From Malacoraja senta (lineage: Eukaryota): a DNA stretch of 64,000 bases. The translations under genes were made by a program, and so were the position numbers. Location of the stretch: positions 6,450,001-6,514,000 of the forward strand of contig CM075996.1 of NCBI GenBank assembly GCA_038087875.1, written 5' to 3'. Numbering within the stretch: position 1 is the first letter of the stretch; each line of letters begins with the position of its first letter. Below are positions 11,023 through 23,409 of the stretch, one piece after another. A model generated the notes under the pieces. The model saw only the letters and a program-made list of their open reading frames with translations, made no database searches and was not told where the DNA came from.

Positions 11023-12999
11023 CTAAGAGAGGTCCAGCTGGTATACGGTGATTAACCCCTTGCCTTGCGTGACGACCAGGTTGTTGCAATTGTCGACGGT
11101 GATGACGCGTGGTTTGTGAAGGCCGTCGGCGGCAGTCAGCAGCTCCTCCCTGAAGTCCCCGCCTGGCCAAAACAAGAGGATCCGCTTCCGCTCGGTGACC
11201 AGAATATTGTCGTCTTTGTCCGTGCAAATGCTGTAGGGACTGATCGCCCGGCCCACTCCGTTCACGGTGACCTGGTCACAGGTGGTGAAGACACAGCCAT
11301 CCATGTCGAAGATCAGGATACACTTCTTGCCGCAGTCGGCCACGATGAATCGTTCGTCGCTGTTGATGGCGATGAAGAGGAAGCGCACCCCCTCGTAGCC
11401 GCACGGCTTCACTCTGTTGACCATCTTCCCGTTGATGTCATACAGGGAGAGGGAGCACATGGAGCCCTCACTCACCGCCACGTATTCATCCCGGTAGGCG
11501 GCGAGGTGGTAGACGGACTCGGAGCCGCGGAGCAAGAGCTTCCTCTGCATGGTCCCGTCCATGTCCAGCATGTATAGCCGGTTCCCAGACGAGCAGGCGA
11601 TGGTGTCATCAAAGATGGCAACACTGCATGGATCGTCATCGTCCGGCAGTGAGATACTTATGGTATGGTCCCCGCAGTCGATGAAGCATTTCAGAAGGGA
11701 ATTGTTTTCGTCCGCCACCACCATGATGCCGTCGTTGGAGACGCTGACGCCCGTCAGCTTCGGTTCATACTGGTTGCCACACAGCTCCGTGTCGAAGCAG
11801 TGCAGATTCAACGGCCTCTTCCTAGGTTGTGGAAGGGGCGCGACGGCCAGTGGGCTTTTCGCTGGGCTCTTGCGCGGCTTGCTTTTCGCAGGTGTGGCCA
11901 ATGCCTTGGCGGCCGAGTCTTCGCCGAAGGTGACGCTGAAAAGGTTGGAGTGAGACAGCATGCTCTTGAGCGACTCATTGACGGTCAGGCTGGGGCGGGT
12001 CTTCTTGTCATCCGGGACCCTCGGCGCTTGGAGTCCATCCATCTGGTCTTCCATGACGGACCGCAGGCAGACTATTTCCCTCATTTTACCGGAATCCAGG
12101 ACCTCCTCGGAAAATCCCCTGGTGTACCTTGCCTTCCTGATCTTGAGCTGCAGATCATCCTGCGTGACCTTGTACAACTCTACCTGCTTCCTGACGTAAC
12201 TGGAGAGCGTGTCCTTGATGGTGTCACCCTGTTTTATCAAGTTGTTTATGACCTCGACCAGGGTGCACTCTATCATAGACATCAGAGATCTTTCCGTCGC
12301 CTTCATCCCCTCCATTGCCTGGACGATGTCGTTTTCCTGTTGGAGTAGCGACTGTGTGTCAGTCTTCAGTCTCTCCATGAGATTCATCACCGTAGGTCTC
12401 TCTGTGGCCCCTGCCTTGGCCAGGGACACCTTTGAGTGCTTGGCGTGGGCGTGCGAGGAACAACTGCTGCAGATCATGCTGTTGCAGGTGTTACAGAGAT
12501 AATCCACCAGGGTTCCTGGGTGGCCCTGGCAGTAGATCATCTTCTGCATCTTTGTCTCTGCCTCGCAAGGGCCGGCGACTTGACCGGGCAGATCCTCCAG
12601 CATGTGGCGTGGGTTAGTATACCTGTGGTTGAGCGTGCAAAGCGGGCAGAAGCACTTGAGGCAGGTTTTACACTGAGCCACGGCGGCAATCTCGCTGAGA
12701 CCAGCTGTCGCGCACCAACTGCAGATCACCTTCTCGTTCTCCTTGCTCTTGAAGATATCCATCAGACTGTTGATGTGAAAGTTAGTCTTGAGTTTGCTGA
12801 CGCCACCTCTCACGTTAAACTCTTCCCTGCACTCCGGGCACTGCACCTTCCGGTCTGACCTAACCATCTTCTCCAGGCACCCCTGGCAGTAGGTGTGGGC
12901 ACAAGGCAGCATCTTGGGCTGTGTGAACCTACTGAGGCAGATCTTGCAGTTTAATAGATCGTTTTGTATCAGATCCGTAATATCCCACGACATGGCCAT
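11023..12999 (-). CDS. TRIM56-like: TRIM56-like E3 ubiquitin ligase copy 2, intact 658 aa, single coding exon
   Basis: Uninterrupted ORF with RING, two B-boxes, coiled coil and NHL-like repeats. Acceptor AG at 13014-13015. Confidence 0.9.
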   Translation of the reverse strand: MAMSWDITDLIQNDLLNCKICLSRFTQPKMLPCAHTYCQGCLEKMVRSDRKVQCPECREEFNVRGGVSKLKTNFHINSLMDIFKSKENEKVICSWCATAGLSEIAAVAQCKTCLKCFCPLCTLNHRYTNPRHMLEDLPGQVAGPCEAETKMQKMIYCQGHPGTLVDYLCNTCNSMICSSCSSHAHAKHSKVSLAKAGATERPTVMNLMERLKTDTQSLLQQENDIVQAMEGMKATERSLMSMIECTLVEVINNLIKQGDTIKDTLSSYVRKQVELYKVTQDDLQLKIRKARYTRGFSEEVLDSGKMREIVCLRSVMEDQMDGLQAPRVPDDKKTRPSLTVNESLKSMLSHSNLFSVTFGEDSAAKALATPAKSKPRKSPAKSPLAVAPLPQPRKRPLNLHCFDTELCGNQYEPKLTGVSVSNDGIMVVADENNSLLKCFIDCGDHTISISLPDDDDPCSVAIFDDTIACSSGNRLYMLDMDGTMQRKLLLRGSESVYHLAAYRDEYVAVSEGSMCSLSLYDINGKMVNRVKPCGYEGVRFLFIAINSDERFIVADCGKKCILIFDMDGCVFTTCDQVTVNGVGRAISPYSICTDKDDNILVTERKRILLFWPGGDFREELLTAADGLHKPRVITVDNCNNLVVTQGKGLITVYQLDLS

Positions 13000-14887
13000 G
13001 ATGTGGACACAACCTGCAACAGATCAGAGGACACAATGAGGTAGTTGAGGCTTGGATTATCCCAACATTTTAAGAAACAGTTAGAGGGACTAGTGTAGTT
13101 TGGACATATTGGCCGGTGTGGGCAAGTTGAGTCAAAGGGCCTGTTTCCACACTATGAGAAGTTTGGTCACAGAAAGTTTGGGTTTTAAAATACAAGTCTG
13201 AGAATCAAGAGTGTTTTATTGTCATATGTCCCAGATAGAAAAATGAGATTCTTACTTGTTTTTACACGCACACATACATACCCAGAAAAAACAAACAATA
13301 ATACTCCACCACCGATTTTCTGGGAACTGGTGATCCAGCACCTCCTTTAATCCGGACAAAATGACCAGAGTGCACTTGAAACCTCCTCCCGGAAGTCCCC
13401 CCGAAAATGAAGCGCCCTGGCTGGGTGAGGCGGCCGATATTGACCTCATTGGGACTGTCACGGCCGATTAAACTTGCCCTCCTGCGGCCGGGTTTTTTCT
13501 CATATAGAGATACATTATGGAAACACGGCCTTTCGGCCCACCGCTCTGACTCCGATCCCAGCTATCCTATCCCTTCACACACTGGGGACAATTTACAATT
13601 ATACCAAGCCAATTAACCTGCAAACATGTACGTCTTTGGAGTGTGGGAGGAAACCGGAGCACCCGGAGAAAACCCACGCGGGTCACAGGGAGAATGTACA
13701 AACTCTGTACAGACTGCACCCGTGGTCAGGATCGAACCCGGGTCTCTGGGGCTGTGAGGCAGCAACTCTACCGCTGTGCTACCGTGCCGCCACTTGCTCC
13801 ATCCCAGTCGGAGCCGGCAGACCCGTTCCCATAGATGGCTTCCAATGCCGACTTTGCGGTCCCCTGGCGGCCTAGACGGAATGTTCCAAGACCGTTAGAC
13901 TCCTCTCAGAGGCTGTGACCTCTGTTGGTCTGGCAAAACGGATCATCCGGCAAGGCTCTGGAACCAAGGGTGCCGGGAAATCTGTGGTGGACCTGTAATT
14001 GTTTACATCAGAGCCCATTCATACCGCACAACTAGGCAGCACAGAGGTGCAGCTGGAAGATCCGCTGCCTCATAGTGCCAGAGTCCGTGGGTTCAACCCC
14101 GACCTCGGGTGATCTCTGTGTGGAGTTCTCCCCAGGACCACGTAGTCAGGATCGAACCTGGAGAACCAGGTGCACCACTGTTGAAATATTCTAAAGGATT
14201 CTTCTTTTGTATTCAGAGTAATTTCTTCAGAGGTTATAATGTACAAAGGGCAGCACGGTGGCGCAGCGCTGTTCTGCCTCACAGCGGCAGAGACCCAGGT
14301 TCAATCCTGACGATGGGTGCTATCTGTGTGGAGTTTGCACGTGCTCCCTGTGACCGCGTGGGTTTCCTCCGGGTACTGCGGCTTCCTCCCGCATCCCAAA
14401 GACGTGCGGGCTTGTGGGTTAATCGGCCCTCTGTAAAATTGCCCCCCGTGTGCAGAGTGGATGAGAAATTGGGATAACATAGAACTATTGTTCAGCTCCG
14501 TTTAGTTTAGTGTTCATATACAGTGTGTGCTAACCAGTTAGCGGAAAGACGATACATGATTACAATCGATACATGATAAGGGAATAACGTTTAGTGCAAG
14601 GTAAAGCCAGTAAAGTCCGATCAAAGATAGTTCGAGGGTCACTAAAGAGGTAGATAATAGTTCAGGACTGCTCTCGAGTTGTGGTGAGATGATTCAGTTG
14701 CCTGATAACTGCTGGGAAGAAACTATCCCTGAATCTGGAGGTGTGCGTGAATGAGTGATCGATTGTCAGCATGGACTCGGTGGGCCGAAGGGGTTATTTC
14801 CATGCTGTGTCTCCAACCCAAACTAAACTGCATGAGCTGTGATTCACCCCAGCTAGAAACTTAAAGAGTGAGGGAGATTCCAGAATC

Positions 14888-14899
14888 GAAAGTGAAAGT
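14888..14899 (+). promoter_or_regulatory. IRF-E/ISRE motif, copy 2 intron 1
   Basis: GAAAGTGAAAGT in the same context as in copy 1. Confidence 0.55.
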
Positions 14900-15457
14900 A
14901 ATCACACGGCGACATTGTTGGTAAACAGCCCCTTTAAATGGACAGTGGTTTAAAACGCTTCCACCAGCGAACAGCCGAGGATCAGGTGGGAATGAGTCAT
15001 TGCCCGGGAGAGGTGACACTTGGTTCGCAAAGTAAGTCACGCAAAGACCCCGTTTCATCTATGAACCTTGTGTGTTAGCATACTCCCATTCATGCTCTCT
15101 CCTCTCTTCTTCTCCCCTCCCCTCCTCTCTCTACTTCTCCCCTCCCCTACCCTACCATCTCCTGCTCTCCCCTCTCTACTCCTCCCCTCCCTTCCCCATC
15201 CCTCCTCTCCTCTCCCCTCCCGTCCCAACCAGAGACAGGGCAACATCTCAGCGCCGTGTGATGGGCACTGTCCCACCAAGGGTCTGGGACGTTCTGGTGA
15301 GAAGGTCCCGACTTCCTAGCCCACCGCAGTGAGGCGGGTGTCCGGGCGCCAGGGGATTAAAAAAACCACGCTCCTACATCCTATCTCAATCTCACTCCCT
15401 CTGAGGCCCCCCCCCCCCCCCTCCTCCCCCAGCCGCCCTCTGCAGCATCTCACTTAC

Positions 15458-15600
15458 CTGAGCTGGGGTTGTGGTGAGCAAAGACGATCTTTGGTGGTGA
15501 GTGTGGAGGTCCACGTCTCTGCTGCGAGGCGAGAAAATGAACTGCGAACTGAGAGACAGAGGCGGTGCAGCCGGTCTCTCCGCCCCGCTGCCCTTTATGT
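15458..15600 (-). promoter_or_regulatory. Predicted promoter and non-coding exon 1 of TRIM copy 2
   Basis: Donor CAG|GTAAGT (15452-15460), GC box, CATAAAGGG at ~15591-15599. Confidence 0.6.
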
Positions 15601-18600
15601 CTCACTGTGTGTGTGTGTGGGTGTACTCAGTGAGAATCCTGCTTGTTTACGCAGGTGAGCAAGGAACTGCAGGTGGTTGACGCCGTAGATAGACACAACG
15701 TGCTGGAGGAACTCAGCGGGTCACGCAGCATCTCTGGAGAGAAGGAATGGGTGACGTTTCGGGGTCGAGACCCTTCAACTACCTCCTCCGGCAGCTCGTT
15801 CAATACACCCACCCCCCCTTTGTGTGAAAAAGTTACCCCTCAGATTCCTATTAAATAATTCCCCCTTCACCTTAAACCTATGCCTCCTGGTCCTCAATTC
15901 CCCCATACTCTGGGCAAGGGACCCTCTGTGTCTACCAGATCTATTCCTCTCATGATTTTGTACACCACTTATAAGATCACCCCTCATTCTCCTGTGCTCC
16001 AGGGAATAAAGTCCTAGCGTGTCCAACCTCTCCCTGTAGCTCAGGCACCTCGAGTCCTGACAACGTCCTCGTAAATCTCAGCACCCTTTCCAGCTTAACG
16101 ATTTTGCAGAGATGCTGCCTGACCCAGAGATCAGCCATCCATGTCCTCCAGAAATGTTGTTTGAAGAGTAAACATTCTGCCCAATGTTACTTGAAGATGC
16201 TTTTGACCAAATGTAGCAGCCTGACGCAGATGAACACAGCCAGTGTAGATATGTCACCGCTCTATACAAACTCACAGGAAACACACTGATGTTAAACAAT
16301 TTCATAAAAGTTTATTTAATTTTCTAATTACAGCAGCGAAAGAGTACATTGAGGCAAATGAGAGATTGGATCGAATGGAATGATTAGTTTTTTTTAGCTT
16401 GAATGAAAGTGACATTTTGATAAGCTCTTGTACTCATGCTATCAACATAAATCACAAATATGACTAGATTAATTGGTGACTGCCATGCTTTAGAGAGCTA
16501 ATCAAAGATCAAAGAGAGAGACAAAAAGCTGGAGTAACAGCGGGTCAGACAGCAACTCTGGAGAAAAGGAATTGGTGACTTTTCGGGTCGAGACTCTTAA
16601 TCAAAGTGCAATGTGGACTTTAACCAAGACTTGGTCAAAAATATTGCATTCAGTTTAGAGATATAGTGTACAAACAGGCCCTTCAGCCCATCAAGTCCAC
16701 GCTGACCACCAATGACTCGTCCACTCGAGGTCAATGTTATCCCAGTTTCGCATCCTACAATTCACAAAAGCCAATTAACCGATAAACCTGCTTTAGAATG
16801 TGGGAGAAAACCAGAGCACCCGGAGAAAACCCACGCGGTCAAAGGGAGAACGTGCAAACTCCGCACAGGCAGCACCCGTCATCGGGATCAAACCCAGGTC
16901 TCTGGCGCTGTGAGGCAGCTGCTCTACATCTCTTTGCAAAGCTTGTTAAATGTTAACTATTTGATTTAATAATCAAAAGCTTTCCCTATTTCCTCAATGA
17001 TCCTTACTGAAGTAAACTTGTATTGTATCAGTGCATTTGTTTACATCTTTTAACCATCTCATCATTATCGTTGGTAGTGTCAGTCCTCAGGAATCCTAAA
17101 TGGATGAGTAATGCCTATGAGTGATCTCTCCAGCAATCCCATGGTGAACTCCAAACTACCTGCGGTGAACCCTCAGCTCTTTGGTACAATGGTGGGAGGG
17201 TGAAGAGTAAGGAGATAGTCACCGCCATCAAAAACACAGGAGCAATGCAGTTTTAAACTGATTCTGAACTAATGGATAAATTACAAAAACTGGAACGCTG
17301 GAATGTTTAGAGTTTAGAGATACAGCATGGAAACAGGTCCGTCATCCCACCGAGACCGCGTCGACCATCGATCGCCCGTTCATACTAGATCTATGTCCCA
17401 CACTCTAGGGGCAATATACAGCAGCCAATTAACCTACAAACCCGTACGTCTTTGGGATGTGGGAGGAAACCTGAGCACCCGGAGAAAACCCACACGGTCA
17501 CAGGGAGAAGGTACAAACTCTGCATAGGCGGCACCCGCACTTGGGATCGAACCCGGGTCTCTGGCGCTGTGAGGTAGCAGCTCTATAGCTGCGCCATTGT
17601 GCCGCCCTTTCAAACAGATGCTGGAATATGAACCAATTATAGCATCTTAATGTGGACACCAAAGAAACACCGTCAGATGTACCACGGTAAAAAGAGAAGC
17701 TTGCTCACCTCTAACCAAACCCAGAACCCAAAGAACATCTCCATGTGGTTGGACCTCACAATTTTAGACCTCAGAGGTACAGTGCGGAAACAGGCCCTTC
17801 GGCCCACCAAGTCTGTGCCGACCAGCGATCACCCCATACACTAGGATTATCCTACACACTAGGGACAATTATTTTCTCCCTGTACGTCTTTAGAGTTTTG
17901 GAGGAAACCAGAGCACCTGGAGAAAACCCACGTGGTCACGGGGAGAACTTGTAAACTCCATAGACAGCGCCCATAGACAGGATCAAACCTGGGTCTCTGA
18001 CGCTGTAGGGCAGCAAGTCTATCACTGCGCTGGCTATTCTGCCCATCGAGTCTACTCCGCCATCCAATCAAGGCTGATCCATCTTTCCCTCTCATCCCCT
18101 TTCTCCTGCTTTCTCGACACCCGTCCTAATCGAGAATCTGTTGATCTTAAAATCTGCCTTAAAAATATCCTGTGCACAGGTCGACTGCTCTGACCTAGAG
18201 TCAAATACAACCTGGATGTCAAGGACAGGTTCCTAACATAGCACAGTCACTGACATACTCAGCGCCACATGGTGAAATTTCAGTAGGGAGGTCCACGCTT
18301 AGGTAATGCTGAGGCTCGAGAAGGCGTGGGTCGGACCGCATTTGGAGTATTCAGGGCTCTCGCTTAACGTTTTTTCCCTGTTGCCAGCCGGGCAACCTTG
18401 GCAGCTTTTTAGGTTGCCAAATGACAGTTTAGGTGGTCATTTAAGACGGCTTGCATGACGCGTGCGATAATGTGCTCGGACGAAGTGCGTGTTACCAGTC
18501 GGAATTATACTCAATGAAGCATTCACATATTATTTCTGCTTCAAATAAAGTCACAACTAAACATATTCACCAATCAAGACATGATATATCCCACAATGAC

Positions 18601-19507
18601 ATGCAGCAAAATTATAAGACAGTATCTCAACTCTTTTTACACATTGCAATTAATGCAATTTCTATTAGTTCTTTCACTTCCAAACAAAATGTGGTTGGAT
18701 TATTCAGCGTATGATCAACCTGTGTCAATAAATCCTGGACCATGGTAAAATAATGAGTACGTATAGTTGTGAATGTTGCTCATTAAATAACTACAGTACT
18801 GATACTCCATATTAAGAGCATTGATTTGCCGTTAAAATGAAATTGTAATAACGTGTCAATGGTAGCAGTGACAATCGAACACTGCGGTTTTAATGTTTCA
18901 CGTGTTCACAATTTAATTAATCCATCTTTATGGATTAAACAAATAATAACATTGGGAATTAAAACACATTGATTGCATTCCGTTATCAAACATAGTCAAT
19001 GTTCGCTCTGAGAGACATTTCCAGCACAATAGGGTCAGGGAGGGGGTGTGTGTGTGAATCAGTGCGGGGTGGATAGTTGGCGGGGGTGGGGGTTTGAAGG
19101 CAGTCGGTGCAGAATGGATGGATGAGGCAGATGAATTAGTACGTGTTGGTTGGAGTAGGTAAAATTGTGAGGGGAGAGCACTGGGGATGTCAGTGGTGTT
19201 GAATGGGGGAGGGTTCAGTACGGGATGGATGGGGGTAGACAAACGTGCTGGAGAAACTCAGCGGGTGAGGCAGCATCTATGGAGCGAAGGAAATCGGCAA
19301 GGTTTCGGGTCGAGACCCTTCTTCAGACTGTTCCCCCATTCTTCTTGAATGGAGGATCAGTACAGGATGGATGGGGGGGGGAGATCAGCGCAGGATGAAT
19401 GGGGGGGGGTCAGAACAGTGTGGATCGGAGGGTCTGTGCAGGATGAAAGGGTGATCACTACAGGATGAATGAGGGGGAAGGGGGGAAGGTGCAGGGTAAA
19501 TGGTGGG

Positions 19508-19707
19508 NNNNNNNNNNNNNNNNNNNNNNNNNNNNNNNNNNNNNNNNNNNNNNNNNNNNNNNNNNNNNNNNNNNNNNNNNNNNNNNNNNNNNNNNNNNNN
19601 NNNNNNNNNNNNNNNNNNNNNNNNNNNNNNNNNNNNNNNNNNNNNNNNNNNNNNNNNNNNNNNNNNNNNNNNNNNNNNNNNNNNNNNNNNNNNNNNNNNN
19701 NNNNNNN
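19508..19707. other. Assembly gap (200 N)
   Basis: Run of N, flanked on both sides by GTAAATGGTGGG. Confidence 0.99.
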
Positions 19708-20217
19708 GTAAATGGTGGGTGGGTGGGTGAGTACGGGATGAATGCGTGGATTAGTACAGGATGATGGGGGATCAATACAGGATGGATGGAGAAGTGCAGG
19801 AGGGATGGGAAAGGAGTAAGTACAGGGTGAATTGGGGAACCAGTATAGGATGGATGGGGGGGGGTGGGTGGCAGGAGAATCAATGCGAGGTGAATAGGGT
19901 GATCAACGCAGGATGAATAGATGGGAGGGGGTAGATGGGGAGGGAAGCACGGGAATGGGGTCAGTGCGGGATGGAGTGGAGGGGTCCCAGGATAAGGGGG
20001 TGGAGGGGGCGTACGAGAGAGAGAGAGGGAGAGGGGGGGCGAGGTGGGGAGGAAGGAAGGTCAGCGCTCCTCGGACAACATCGCCCCGCTGCCTTGGCCG
20101 TTGGGAACTCCTCGCCACTGCCTCTCTCCTCCGCCAGCCAACAGCAAGGTGCGGGGCCGGGCGGTGCAGCTCAGAGATTCTACAGCTATAAGATCTTTGG
20201 TGCAGCTGCTTCAGACG

Positions 20218-20558
20218 AGTCGGAGCGAATGACGGGCCCCGCACAGCGGCAGCAGCGGCCGCGATAGAGGCTCCATCCCCTCCACCTCCCACACCCCGCC
20301 CGCCCTGATAAGCGCCTCCGCTTGTAAATCTGGTAACGGCGATAACCGCTTTCGAAACAAACCCTCCCGCACTCCGAGGCCTCCCCCTCCGTCCCTCCTC
20401 CCGGCCTCGGCGTGCGGGAGGGTTTGTTTCGAAAGCGGTTATCGCCGTTAGCGGATTTGCAAGCAGAGGCCCTTATCAGGGCGGGTGGGGGTGCGGGAGG
20501 AGGAGGCGGTGGAGCCGCTATCACGGCCGCTGTTCAGGGCCCGTCATTCGCTCCGACC
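20218..20558. repeat. Long GC-rich imperfect inverted repeat (~160-bp arms)
   Basis: ..GGCGATAACCGCTTTCGAAACAAACCCTCCCGCAC.CCGAGGCC / pyrimidine loop ~20382-20402 / GGCCTCGG.GTGCGGGAGGGTTTGTTTCGAAAGCGGTTATCGCC... Outer arms are GTCGGAGCGAATGACGGGCCC and GGGCCCGTCATTCGCTCCGAC. Confidence 0.9.
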
Positions 20559-21430
20559 CATCCTCACCCCGCACCTACTATCTTTGCCCGCAATACAGCC
20601 GTCACCGACACAACACGTCGCGTTCCTTTTCTCCAGAGATGCTGCCTGACCCGCGGAGTTACTCCAGTTTTTTGTGTCTATCTTCAGGACAAACCAGTAT
20701 CTGGTTGCCAAGCCGGGCAAAATGACTCGGTGTTTAGGTTGCCCGGCGGCGCTTTGAGTGGTCAGTGGCACCCGGGCAACAGCTAATTTCGAGCCCTGGT
20801 ATTGTGAGCAGTTCTTTGCCCCACATCCAAGGCAGGAGAGGGTCCAGAGGAGGATTATGAGAATGATCCCAGGAATGAATGTGTTCACGTATGATGAGCG
20901 TCTGATGGCACCGGGCCTGTACTCGCTGGAGTTTAGAAGGATGTGGGGGGGGGGGGGGGGGACCTCATTGAAACTTACCAAATAGTGAAAGAGTAGATGT
21001 GGAGAGGATGTTTCCACTAGTGGGAGGGTCAAGGACCAGAGGCCACAGCCTCCGAATAGTTCCATGTTATCCCATGTTACCTACTTCCATGTTTTCCCAA
21101 ATTCTCATCCACTCCCTACACACTGGGGGCAATCCACAGAGGGCCTATTAACCTACAAACCTGCAGATCTTTGGGATGTGGTAGGAAATCCTCGCGATCG
21201 TAGGGAGAACATACAAACTCCATAACCGCTGCGCCACAGGAGGCTGTGGAGGCCAAGCCAATGGGTATTTTCAAGGCAGAGACATATAGATTCCTGATTA
21301 GTACGGGTCAGGGGTAATGGGGAGAGGTTAGGAGAAGGGGGTTAGGAGGGAATGGGAGATTAGCCATGATTGAATCGTGGAGTGGACTCGATGGGCCGAG
21401 TGGCCAGGTTGTGCTCCTGTCACTGATGCA

Positions 21431-23409
21431 CTAAGAGAGGTCCAGCTGGTACACGATGATGAACCCGTTGCCTTGGGTGACGACCAGGTTGTTGCAATTG
21501 TCGATGGTGATGACGCGTGGTTTGTGAAGACCGTCGGCGGCAGTCAGCAGCTCCTCCCTGTAGTCCCCGTCGGGCCATAACAAGAGGATCCGGTTCCGCT
21601 CGGTGACCATAATATTGTCGTATTTGTCCGTGCAGATGCTGTAGGGACTGATCGCCCGGCCCTCCCCGTTCACGAAGAGCTGGTCGCAGTTGGTCAAGAC
21701 TAAGCCATCCCTGGTGAAGATCAGGATGCACTTCTTGCCGCAGTCGGCTACAATGAACTGCTCGACGCTGTTGATGGCGAGGAAGAGGAAGCGCCCCCCC
21801 TCGTAGCCGCACGGCTTCACCCTGTCGACCACCTGCCCGTTGGTGTCGTATAGTGAGAGGGAGCACATGGAGCCCTCGCTCACTGCCACGTATTCATTCC
21901 GGTAGGCGGCGAGGGGGTAGACGGACTCGGAGCCGCGGAGGGAGAGCTTCCTCTGCATGGTCCCGTCCATGTCCAGCATGTACAGGTGGTTCCCAGACGA
22001 GCAGGCGATGATGTTGTCAAAGATGGCAACACTGCATGGATCGTCATCATCGTCCGGCAGTGAGATGGTCGCGGTGAGGTGCCCGTAGTTGGTGAAGCAT
22101 TTCAGAAGGGAATTGTCCTCATCCGCCACCACGATGATGCCGTCGTTGGAGACGCTGACGCCCGTCAGCTTCGCATCGCACTCATCATCACCCAGCTCCG
22201 TGTTGAAGCAATGCAGATTCCACACCCTCTGCTTGGGTTGGGGAAAGGGCATGAAGGCCTGTGGGCTTTTCGCCGGGCTCTTGCGCGGCTCGATTTTCGC
22301 TGGTGTGACCAGCGCCTTGGCGGCCGATTCTTCGCCGAAGGTGACGCTGAAAAGGTTGGAGTGGGACAGCATGTTCTTAAGCGACTCGTTGACGGTCAGG
22401 CTGGGGCGGGTCTTCTTGTCGTCCGGGATCCTCGGCGCTTGGAGTCCATCGATCTGTTCTTCCACGACGGACCGCAGGCAGACTATTTCCCTCATTTTAC
22501 CGGAATCCAGGACCCCCTGGGAAAATTCCCTGGTGTCCTTCGCCTTCTTGATCTTGAGCTGCAGATCATCCGCGCGACCTTGTACAACTCCTCCTGCTTC
22601 CTGATGTAATCGGAGAGCGTGTCCTTGATGGTGTCACCCTGTTTCATCAAGTTGTTTGTGACCTCGGTCAGGGTGCACTCTATCATAGACATCAGAGATC
22701 CTTCCGTCACCTTCATCCCCTCCATTGCCTGGACGATGTCGTCTTCCTTTTGGACCAGCGACTGCGTGTCAGTCTTCAGTCTCTCCATGAGATTCATCAC
22801 CGTAGGTCTCTCTGTGGCCCCTGCCTTGGCCAGGGACACCTTCGAGTGCCTGGCGTGGGCGTGCAAGGAACAACTGCTGCAGATCACGCTGTTGCAGGTG
22901 TTGCAGAGATAGTCCACCAGGGTTCCTGGGTGGCCCTGGCAGTAGATCATCTTCTGCATCTTTGTCTCTGCCTCGCAAGGGGCGGCGCCGTGAGCGTGCA
23001 GATCCTCCAGCACGTGGCATGGGTAGGCAGTCCCGTGGGTGAGTTTGCAAGGCGGGCAGAGGCACTTGACGCAGGTTTTACACCGAGCCACGGCGGCAAT
23101 CTCACTGAGACCAGCTGTCGCGCACCAACTGCAGATCACCTTCTTGTTCTCGTTGCTCTTGAAGATATCCATCAGACTGTTGATGTAAAAGTTAGTCTTT
23201 AGTTTGCTGACGCCACCTCTCACGTCAAACTCTTCCCTGCACTCCGGGCACTGCCCCTTCCGGTTTGACCTAACCATCTTCTCCAGGCACCCCTGGCAGT
23301 AGGTGTGGGCACAAGGCAGCATCTTGGGCTGTGTGAACCTATTGAGGCAGATCTTGCAGTTTAATAGATCGTTTTGTATCTGATCCGTAATATCCCCCGA
23401 CATGGCCAT
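21431..23409 (-). pseudogene. TRIM56-like: TRIM56-like copy 3, 1-bp deletion in the coiled coil splits it into a 305-aa RBCC ORF and a 354-aa NHL ORF
   Basis: ATCATCCGCG at ~22565-22574 versus ATCATCCCGCG in copies 1 and 4. No other lesion visible. Confidence 0.8.

Larger units (their letters stand above)
18352..20798. mobile_element. Non-autonomous DNA transposon with CAGGGCTC termini and a 5-bp TSD (hAT-like)
   Basis: Termini CAGGGCTC...GAGCCCTG. TSD GTATT (18347-18351 / 20799-20803). Empty site GGAGTATTGTGAG at ~2916 and ~30731. Subterminal GTTGCC/GGCAAC repeats at both ends. Confidence 0.8.

Noticed and set aside
11023..12999. Assignment as TRIM2/TRIM3/TRIM71 or as retrocopies
   Set aside because: No filamin domain is evident and the CDS is a single exon; units are duplicated with promoter and intron and have no polyA tail or TSD. 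TRIM56-like fits better, pending phylogeny.
19458..19883. ORFs spanning X residues
   Set aside because: Artefacts of the N gap and low-complexity G-rich sequence.
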